Positions 56,455 to 64,000 of a DNA stretch of 64,000 bases are shown one piece after another. How positions within the stretch are numbered: position 1 is the first letter of the stretch; each line of letters opens with the position of its first letter. The translations under genes and the position numbers were made by a program. The notes under the pieces are model-generated. The model did not search any database and had not been told where the DNA came from. It worked only from the letters and a program-made list of their open reading frames with translations. Source of the DNA: a virus; the IMG/VR virus record IMGVR_UViG_3300032242_002636, positions 32,001 through 96,000 of that record; one strand, written 5' to 3'.

Positions 56455-58102
56455 TTACCTAGAGACCTTCCCATCTGATTCAGAGGCACGACCTCAACAA
56501 AAACAAGCTCTTGAAAAGATAGCTAGAGTATTCTCTAGCGGTAAAAAGTTTGTAATTGCTTGTCTTCCTACAGGATCAGGTAAGTCTCATATTGCCGCCG
56601 CTGTTGCAAGGTCAGCAAGTCCTATTTGTGAGCGTAAAAAACAGATTATAAGCACATATGCTGTTTATGATAAAGATCGTGATGGTGCATACAAATATGA
56701 AGATGATTTTCTTTCTGGTGATTCTTTTGGAAGTTATATTTTAACTGTAACTAAATCTCTTCAGGATCAATACAAAGAACTTTTTCCTGATTTGGTTATA
56801 GCAAAGGGAAAGAATAATTATAATTGTGATATAGATCCTAATGTAACAGTAGATTTTGCTCCTTGTTTACATTCTCCCAAGATTAAAGAAAAGTGTTTTG
56901 CGGCTAATAGATGTCCTTATTATATTGCAAGGAATGAGGCATTCATGTCTATTGATCCTATTTTAAATTATAGGGCATTTATTTCTTTACCTGCCTTTTT
57001 AAGAAGAAGAGAAATTTATATTTGTGACGAAGCAAGTGATTTAGAGGCTGAATTAGTGGGACAGTATTCCATTACAATCAATTATTCACAGCTTGCGTCT
57101 GAAGGTATTGATTATAACAAGCTCTACAGCGATGATAGTGATACTGCATTCAAATGGCTTCAGGATGTTTATATCAAAACCAAGAATGAACTTGATAGTC
57201 TTAAGACCAGAATATCCAATATGGCTAAGAATGACTCTTCTACAGCTATTAAAGCAAAGGAAATACAAAGACTTGGTAAATTAAATGGATTGGTGAGTTC
57301 CATTGAAGAAGTCATCAGCGTATGGGATGAATGTGAATACTTGGTAGAAAATAGAGATTCAGAAAAAATCACATTTGTTCCTTATGACATTAAACCTTTG
57401 GCTAGAAAGATATTTAATGGTGCGGATATGATTCTTATGATGTCTGCTACCATTACAAATCCACAGGAATTTGCCAAGAGTCTAGGTATTACCGAAAATG
57501 AATATGAGTATATAGAGATTCCTTCTGGTTTTGATCCTAAAATGTCTCCTATTAAGTCTACAAGAAAATATAGCCTTTCATATAAGACTAATAATAAAGA
57601 TCTTCCTCATATCATAGATTCTGCTATTCAGATTTGTGATAATCACAAAGGAGAAAAGGGGATTATCCATACCCATACCAATCAAATAACCCAAGCTTTG
57701 AGAAATAGAGTAGGAAACAATAGTAGGTTCTTGTTCAGGGATATTGGAACTACCAATGAGCAAATTATCTCTGAACATAGGGACAGAATTAATGATGATA
57801 CCATTCTCGTAAGTCCTTCCTTGGACACAGGAATTAGTTTAGATGGAGACTTAGGGAGATTTCAGATTATTTTAAAGGCTCCTTTCCTTCCTCTAAATTC
57901 AAAGAGAATTAAAAAGATATACGATAAGAATAAAAAGTATTATATCATGAAAATGTTAGATAATCTGGTTCAGATGTGTGGTAGATGTACTAGATCAGCC
58001 GAAGATCACTCTGTTACCTATATATTAGATGGTAATGCAGTTACATCTATTCTAGATAATAAAAGATATTTGCCTAAACACTTCTTAGAACGACTTGTAT
58101 GA
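56429..58102 (+). CDS. DinG/XPD-family SF2 helicase
   Basis: RPQQ, PTGSGKS, LQDQY, KGKNNYNC with Cys cluster, DEAS, MSAT, KAPF and QMCGRCTRS.EDHS.TYILD motifs. Confidence 0.88.
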   Translation: MLKTLPLVDYLETFPSDSEARPQQKQALEKIARVFSSGKKFVIACLPTGSGKSHIAAAVARSASPICERKKQIISTYAVYDKDRDGAYKYEDDFLSGDSFGSYILTVTKSLQDQYKELFPDLVIAKGKNNYNCDIDPNVTVDFAPCLHSPKIKEKCFAANRCPYYIARNEAFMSIDPILNYRAFISLPAFLRRREIYICDEASDLEAELVGQYSITINYSQLASEGIDYNKLYSDDSDTAFKWLQDVYIKTKNELDSLKTRISNMAKNDSSTAIKAKEIQRLGKLNGLVSSIEEVISVWDECEYLVENRDSEKITFVPYDIKPLARKIFNGADMILMMSATITNPQEFAKSLGITENEYEYIEIPSGFDPKMSPIKSTRKYSLSYKTNNKDLPHIIDSAIQICDNHKGEKGIIHTHTNQITQALRNRVGNNSRFLFRDIGTTNEQIISEHRDRINDDTILVSPSLDTGISLDGDLGRFQIILKAPFLPLNSKRIKKIYDKNKKYYIMKMLDNLVQMCGRCTRSAEDHSVTYILDGNAVTSILDNKRYLPKHFLERLV

Positions 58103-58116
58103 AGTAAATATTAAAG

Positions 58117-58812
58117 GTGAAGAACTATACCTTTAATTTTGAAGTACAGACGCTGTTAGAACAGTTCGTAGCGGCTTTTAATGATATTATCATTAAAAGA
58201 TATGATAATAACAAAACATTAATATCTCCTACAAGTGGTCATAAGGTTAGTTTTGTTTATGCTCCAAAGCAAAGAGTATATGATACTCTCAATACACCAT
58301 CTCCCGGTGGTTTAACTGTACCTGCTGTTGCTGTAACCATAGCAAGTGTTTCTAGAGACAATGCTAGAGTATTTAATAAGTTAGATGGATTCACTGTTCC
58401 TAATATAGATCTTGATAATGGTGATTACTTAAAGAGTATTCCACAACCAGTTCCTGTTAATATTGGAGTTAACATGACAATTGTTACAAAGTATCAATCT
58501 GATATGGATCAGATTATTACTAATTTTACTCCTTATTGTGATCCATATATTATTATTTCATGGAAGCTTCCATTTGCAAAGAATTATGAAATAAGATCAG
58601 AAGTTCTATGGAGTGGACAGATAAATCTTAATTATCCAACAGATATAGGACCAACACAGCCATATAGAGTATCTGCTGATACATCTTTTACAATTAAAGG
58701 TTGGTTGTTTAAGAAAACAGATCAGGTTGTTAAGAAAATTTATACAATTAATGCAGACTTTTTTGATTCTACTAATCCACAACAAGATTCTATTCTATTA
58801 ACCGAACTCTAA
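58117..58812 (+). CDS. Tail terminator / sheath stabilizer gp15
   Basis: FNDIIIKR, YAPKQR, PVPVNI..DMDQII and FTIKGWLF motifs. TAAATA at 58105-58110. Confidence 0.85.
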   Translation: MKNYTFNFEVQTLLEQFVAAFNDIIIKRYDNNKTLISPTSGHKVSFVYAPKQRVYDTLNTPSPGGLTVPAVAVTIASVSRDNARVFNKLDGFTVPNIDLDNGDYLKSIPQPVPVNIGVNMTIVTKYQSDMDQIITNFTPYCDPYIIISWKLPFAKNYEIRSEVLWSGQINLNYPTDIGPTQPYRVSADTSFTIKGWLFKKTDQVVKKIYTINADFFDSTNPQQDSILLTEL

Positions 58813-58815
58813 AAT

Positions 58816-59307
58816 ATGGAAAAAGTCTCTTTTTACGCAAAACCTAGTGCTACTGATATAAAGCCTTATAGTCTTTATGTTTTGTCTTTACCACTTTCAT
58901 CATCACAGTCTAAAACTGTTAATCTTCTTGGTAAAAGTTTTTTATTACCAAGAAATTTATATTTAAGTGCAGCTGATATAGAATTATATAATGGACTTAG
59001 TTATAGTTATTTCAATCCATTCTCTTCATTTCCTAACTTATCAGAAAATAATCCCGGTTTTACTGCCTATGCAGTTCCTGAATTTACATTAATAGGTGAT
59101 ACTAAAATTATTTTTAATATACCTAATGAATTTTTTAATTATATTCTTCAAAAAGAAGGATATAGTACATATATTGATATAATAATAGAAAACGAAGCTG
59201 GATATGGTTTGTTATCTAGAGATAGCTATTCATATTCTATTAGTTCTTGGAGTGGATTTATTCCTTATCAAAAACCAAGTATAAATGGATTTTTACTTTT
59301 TAATTGA
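58816..59307 (+). CDS. Hypothetical structural protein (Ig-like)
   Basis: Beta-rich with DIIIENEAGYG. Structural operon context. Confidence 0.5.
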   Translation: MEKVSFYAKPSATDIKPYSLYVLSLPLSSSQSKTVNLLGKSFLLPRNLYLSAADIELYNGLSYSYFNPFSSFPNLSENNPGFTAYAVPEFTLIGDTKIIFNIPNEFFNYILQKEGYSTYIDIIIENEAGYGLLSRDSYSYSISSWSGFIPYQKPSINGFLLFN

Positions 59308-59359
59308 TTTTTAATCAAATACTACAAGATAAATGAGGTATTATCCATAAATATTGTTA

Positions 59360-62300
59360 ATGTCTGCTACGTTTAGTATATACAATATTTTATCTGCTAC
59401 CTACTGGAAACCAGTGGATTTTAATGTAGTTGGGGAGCAATTTGATGTCAAAAAGACACCTTTGCTTCTTGATAATGGGATGTATTTTTATTTACATAAT
59501 GTATTATCTGATCCTATAGATTTTACTTTTAATAGAAAAACAGGAACATTTCTATCAAGTATAATATACAATTCATATTTTTTAAAAAATAAGAAAAATC
59601 CAAAATTAGTAGATAATTTGACAAAGATTGAATCTCCTATTGCTACTTTATCTGGTAATATAGTAACCTTTTACAATTCAAATTCTTCTTTACCTAATAA
59701 TCCTACTGTTTTAAAAGATACTCTTGGTACTATTTTTGGTAAAAATGATGTTTTTACGTTTTATTTTGAAGAAAATAATAAAGTAAGCATAAAAAATAAA
59801 CTAGGAAATGTTCTTACTGCTGATTTTTTTGGTACTAATGGCTTAAAATTTAAATCTCAAATATATCCACCTGCACAAACACAACTTTTTGATTACTTTT
59901 TAGGAGAATCATCTATTATTTTATTTAAATCTAATACAAATTATACAAATATAGTAACAAGAAATACAGATAATATATATGTATTAAGTTCTGTAAATTT
60001 AACAAATAATAACATTTTACCTAATGATGCAATTTTTAATTTTATTTCTTATAAGAAAAATTTAATAGATTTTGAAAATGATGTTTCTGACAGTTTTATG
60101 GTAAAATATAAAACAAATCCAATAATCTATGAAAATATTTTGGATGTTGATTATAATTTTTCTAATAATAATTTATTGTCACAAAATTATCTTGGTCTTT
60201 TCCCTGTAGAAAATCCCAACATAACCGATGTGGATTGTGTTTATGATTTACAAGTACATGGTTTGAAAAATTATCAAACTCCTGAATATAAATACACAAC
60301 AGCAAATCCCTTAACAGGCATATCTTCCTCAATAAGAAGATTATATAATAAGATATACACAGGAACTAATCAACTTAATGGTTATGATAAAGTTTATCTG
60401 GGATATAGTGCAGATACAAAAGAATATAATTTCAAAGTAAATCAAGAAACTCCTTTTTATTATCCATCTACTTGTAAAAGAGTTACACTTCAAAATTCTG
60501 GACTTATAGAAGATGGTGCTACAGCAGGTGAATTGCCATTTACTTCTGATCGTATTTATATTTATAGAAAAAATTATGAAGAAACAATTCCCGGTCAACC
60601 ACAACCAAAAAGTATAACTAAATATGACAATGTTTGGCTTTGTTCTTGGTTATCTGGTTCTAATTTAGGTCATAAAATTTGGCTAGATAGATACTATAAT
60701 GCTGCTTACTATACTTTAGATCAAGCATTAACTGCAAAAGCAGTTGTTTATAATCCTGCTTTATATGCTGATAAACCATTTACATATGATGTTCCTTCTA
60801 CAATTATTCTAGAACCTGGTGTTCTTTACAAATACAATAGAACAGGTCAGGAAAGCAGTAAACAATTTTTATCTTATCTGGATCAAGATAAAAATTTACC
60901 AAATGGTGCAAAATTATTGAGTATAACTAATTGGTCTTCTGCTGTTTTAGTAGATGATTCTAAATATCATAATAACGGATTAACCTTCTTTAATATTTCT
61001 GAAAATTTAAATGGTAATTATTGGAAATTGGATGGAACAAATCATGCAGTATTTCCATCAAAATCTTCACTTTTACAAAAGTCAAGACTTACTGTTTCCA
61101 TGTGGATTAATGTGAATGATTGGTCTAATATATATGGAGATCAAGTATTTGGAAATTATTACGATAGTGGTTTTGGATTAGTTAATGAAGGTGCTTTAAG
61201 TGCTCCTATATTAACTATAACCAATGTAGGATCAGCAGTAGCATATAATATAAATTATAAATTTACAAAACTTTCTGAGATACCTCTTCCTGCTAATAAA
61301 AATTCTGAATATACTTTTATACAAAGACTACCTGATTATAGTTATTGGGTATTTGATTCAAAAAATAAAACAGGAGTTAAATACAATGCAATTAATAATA
61401 TCATAGGAGGTCTTTCTAGTTTAAATACAAAACTCAGTGGAATAGATCAAATAGAAATTGATGCATATCAAAATTTTTATTTCTATGATAATACAATTAA
61501 ATCATATATAAAAACAGATGGTAATGGCAATTTTATTGAACAAAATTATTTCTCATTGACTTCTGGTTTTAATAGAATAGAAATAGATAATCAAACTAAT
61601 GATGTGATTGGTATATACGGAAATGCATCTGTAATTGATAACTATAATAACATATGGGAAGTTGTCGGTGGTAATTTATATAAGAACAGACAAGTATTTG
61701 CAAACATAGGTACAACACAACAATTGACATGTGATTCTAAAAATAATATTTGGATATCACATAATCAAGATACAATTTCAAAGTTAAACACAATTACAGG
61801 ATTGTTCGAATTCTCATTTAGAATAGGTAGAAATTCGTCAGCAGAATTAAATCCTTGTAAATCACAAGAAAGATTTCGTTATATAGATTTTGTTAAAGTA
61901 CCAAAAGGAAATACAGAAACATGTGATAAGAGCGTAGTATATCAAGATAATTTAATTATTGTTGATGTAAGAGATAATGAAATTTATGTATTAGATCAAA
62001 CAGGAAATTTTTTATCTAAACTTGATATAAGAGGCTTACTATCAAATCCAAAAATTTTATTAAATTTTTATGCAAAGGGAGATTTTACAGGATATCAATA
62101 TCTTAGAAAATTTGGAGGAAATGTAAAAAGACTTTCTTGGAAGTTTAAAATATCAGAACCTAATGGTAAAAATTCTAAGCTATTATCACTTAACTATGCT
62201 GTAAGTTCACTACCTAAAGGATGGCATCATTTCTCATTTGTTTTTGATTCATTAAAAGGAAATGCAAAATACTACATAGATTCTATACCAGTAGATAGTG

Positions 62301-62749
62301 TATCATTTACTCCTTTTAAATATCAATTGTACTATGATTACAGATCTTCATTATTACTTGGTGCAGCTACTGTTAAAAATACAACTTTGAACGATATTAT
62401 AGGAATAGATGATAGTTATAAATTCATAGGTAATGTTTCAGATCTTAAAATGTATTCTAAATCTCTTACAAATGGAGAAATAGAACAGATATATTTCTCT
62501 TCAGATTTTACAGATTCTCGTAAGGATCTTAATTGGAATATGAGAGTTGGTAGTAGAAATTTTATTGAAGAAATTGAACATTGGTATAAGATGCAAATGC
62601 CCGGTAGTAAAAGCAAGTACTTTAATATTAATATACACAACCTAAATATAGATAAAAATATAAAGAAAATTTTAGAGGAATCTTTAAAATCAAGTATATC
62701 TAAGATTATACCTGCTGAATCTTCTCTTTATAAGATAAAATGGATGTAA
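59360..62749 (+). CDS. Large virion protein with LamG/concanavalin-like and propeller-like domains
   Basis: LTVSMWIN and GWHHFSFVFD..YYID..GNVSDLKMYSKSL motifs. CATAAATA at 59346-59353. Confidence 0.7.
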   Translation: MSATFSIYNILSATYWKPVDFNVVGEQFDVKKTPLLLDNGMYFYLHNVLSDPIDFTFNRKTGTFLSSIIYNSYFLKNKKNPKLVDNLTKIESPIATLSGNIVTFYNSNSSLPNNPTVLKDTLGTIFGKNDVFTFYFEENNKVSIKNKLGNVLTADFFGTNGLKFKSQIYPPAQTQLFDYFLGESSIILFKSNTNYTNIVTRNTDNIYVLSSVNLTNNNILPNDAIFNFISYKKNLIDFENDVSDSFMVKYKTNPIIYENILDVDYNFSNNNLLSQNYLGLFPVENPNITDVDCVYDLQVHGLKNYQTPEYKYTTANPLTGISSSIRRLYNKIYTGTNQLNGYDKVYLGYSADTKEYNFKVNQETPFYYPSTCKRVTLQNSGLIEDGATAGELPFTSDRIYIYRKNYEETIPGQPQPKSITKYDNVWLCSWLSGSNLGHKIWLDRYYNAAYYTLDQALTAKAVVYNPALYADKPFTYDVPSTIILEPGVLYKYNRTGQESSKQFLSYLDQDKNLPNGAKLLSITNWSSAVLVDDSKYHNNGLTFFNISENLNGNYWKLDGTNHAVFPSKSSLLQKSRLTVSMWINVNDWSNIYGDQVFGNYYDSGFGLVNEGALSAPILTITNVGSAVAYNINYKFTKLSEIPLPANKNSEYTFIQRLPDYSYWVFDSKNKTGVKYNAINNIIGGLSSLNTKLSGIDQIEIDAYQNFYFYDNTIKSYIKTDGNGNFIEQNYFSLTSGFNRIEIDNQTNDVIGIYGNASVIDNYNNIWEVVGGNLYKNRQVFANIGTTQQLTCDSKNNIWISHNQDTISKLNTITGLFEFSFRIGRNSSAELNPCKSQERFRYIDFVKVPKGNTETCDKSVVYQDNLIIVDVRDNEIYVLDQTGNFLSKLDIRGLLSNPKILLNFYAKGDFTGYQYLRKFGGNVKRLSWKFKISEPNGKNSKLLSLNYAVSSLPKGWHHFSFVFDSLKGNAKYYIDSIPVDSVSFTPFKYQLYYDYRSSLLLGAATVKNTTLNDIIGIDDSYKFIGNVSDLKMYSKSLTNGEIEQIYFSSDFTDSRKDLNWNMRVGSRNFIEEIEHWYKMQMPGSKSKYFNINIHNLNIDKNIKKILEESLKSSISKIIPAESSLYKIKWM

Positions 62750-62750
62750 A

Positions 62751-63530
62751 ATGACAACTTTCAAAAAAACAACACCAACATGTTCAAATATCTATTTGAT
62801 AGATGAGAATCTTTGCTTGGCTAATACATTAGATACTATAAATTACAATGTATATTCGCTTTCTTCGGCTATTACTGATGTAAGCAGATATTATTCTACA
62901 TGGTTTAACTTATATACCATATTTACAACATATAGTTCTAAATGGATAAAAACAGCTACTAATATTAAATCTTTTAGTGCTACATGGATTGATACTGCAA
63001 CAACAGTTTCAACACTTAGTTCTAATTGGAATAAATCATATACTTTGTATTATCCCAAAATGCTTGATATAAATTATTGGAATGGTCTTGGAACAACAAA
63101 TCAAAATAATATCTTAATAACTTGGTTGAATAATAACTTTAGTTCTAAGATTTATAATATAAATCAAATAATTGATATTGTGGTTTATTTAAATCAAAAT
63201 CAACCATTTTCATTTAGATTTAACAGATCATTCTATGAATCTTGCATACCTACAGGAGGTGGATTATCTATTTCATGTAATGGTTGTGGTCAGAGACCAT
63301 ACAGAGGATGTAACCACCACGGAGGGAAAGCAGGTTATGGTCCTTGTACAAATGCTTATGATGGTTGTAACATAACACGAACTTCGAATAATCCTGCATC
63401 TGTATCTTGTACTGGAAGCGGAGCAAAAACCTTAAATATAGGATTGAATAGAAATGCTACTGATAAAAATACTGCTAGAACAGTAAATGTAAGGTTTAAA
63501 AATATAAATAGGAGTTGGACTGTTATATGA
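62751..63530 (+). CDS. Hypothetical structural protein with Cys-rich C-terminal loop
   Basis: IDENLCLANTLDTINYN fibre-type N-terminus. Paralog of the next ORF. Confidence 0.55.
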   Translation: MTTFKKTTPTCSNIYLIDENLCLANTLDTINYNVYSLSSAITDVSRYYSTWFNLYTIFTTYSSKWIKTATNIKSFSATWIDTATTVSTLSSNWNKSYTLYYPKMLDINYWNGLGTTNQNNILITWLNNNFSSKIYNINQIIDIVVYLNQNQPFSFRFNRSFYESCIPTGGGLSISCNGCGQRPYRGCNHHGGKAGYGPCTNAYDGCNITRTSNNPASVSCTGSGAKTLNIGLNRNATDKNTARTVNVRFKNINRSWTVI

Positions 63531-64000
63531 GTGTATATTATACAATAAATCCACAAGATACTATAGGAAACTCATTATCTTCTGTTAATATTAACTATTA
63601 TAACTTAGAGTTAGATACCTTTACAGTAAAAACAAGTGCTGATAAATTATGGACTCCTATGTTGGAGTATTATCTTACCTTTAATAAATTTTTAAAAGAT
63701 ACAACTAGTATTGTTCAGAGAAATTCTTCTTTATTAATCAGCACTGCTACAACTGTAGAAAGTAATTCTTCTGGTTGGATAAAACCTATTACTATATTTT
63801 ATCCATCATTATTTCCTTCTAATTATCCAACTAATTCTATAGTAGAAACTATATCATCTTGGGTGGAATCTTATTTTCCAGTTATTAATCCTACTAAATA
63901 TGTTATTGATGATACTACTGGAAATACAATAGAAATACCACCAACAAAAACTAACTATGTAGAAAACCAAATGGCTATTATATATGCACATACATGGCAA
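63527..64000 (+). CDS. Structural protein paralogous to 62751-63530 (3' partial)
   Basis: ATGA overlap. My translation MSVYYTINPQDTIGNSLSSVNINY...TATTVESNSSGWIKPITIFYP matches TATTVSTLSSNWNKSYTLYYP. TATAAATA at 63503-63510. Confidence 0.6.
   Translation, partial: MSVYYTINPQDTIGNSLSSVNINYYNLELDTFTVKTSADKLWTPMLEYYLTFNKFLKDTTSIVQRNSSLLISTATTVESNSSGWIKPITIFYPSLFPSNYPTNSIVETISSWVESYFPVINPTKYVIDDTTGNTIEIPPTKTNYVENQMAIIYAHTWQ

Noticed and set aside
1-64000. Stop-codon reassignment as in some large phages
   Set aside because: Core genes are full length in code 11 with dense packing, and TAA, TGA and TAG all end genes.
1-64000. tRNA or structured ncRNA genes
   Set aside because: Intergenic spaces are short and AT-rich, and I saw no cloverleaf or T-loop motif. 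tRNAscan-SE/Infernal would be needed to exclude them formally.

Overview
The window is a 64-kb segment of an AT-rich, large T4-like myovirus genome using the standard genetic code. I saw no tRNA, rRNA or CRISPR array. The layout is: (1) 1-13.3 kb, a plus-strand late module with baseplate/tail genes, a terminase carrying a class-3-type intein, and a split gp5 spike; (2) 13.3-41.7 kb, a minus-strand T4-type replication/recombination module (clamp, gp32, DHH phosphoesterase, gp41, UvsX, ThyX, PolB, gp46, gp47, gp55, UvsW, UvsY, two GIY-YIG nucleases); (3) 41.7-50.2 kb, a glycosyltransferase/sulfotransferase cluster facing a repeat-rich fibre gene; (4) 50.2-64 kb, a kinase, primase, gp62, GroES, DinG helicase, gp15 and structural genes. 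The most striking feature is a large glycan-building apparatus of about 13 glycosyltransferase-like genes and 2 sulfotransferases. It is split into an array of nine genes between gp47 and gp46 (plus one next to the DNA polymerase) under sigma70-type promoters, and a second cluster behind late-type promoters beside a fibre with Ser/Thr/Ala-rich repeats. Other signals read directly from the sequence are: strong CCWGG avoidance at Pro-Gly codon pairs; sigma70 promoters placed for leaderless or very short-leader mRNAs; an unstructured (AAAAC)n leader on gene 32; a hairpin on the polymerase start; and a shared putative capsid-targeting N-terminus on several small late proteins. All product calls come from motif recognition and synteny. 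No database search was run.
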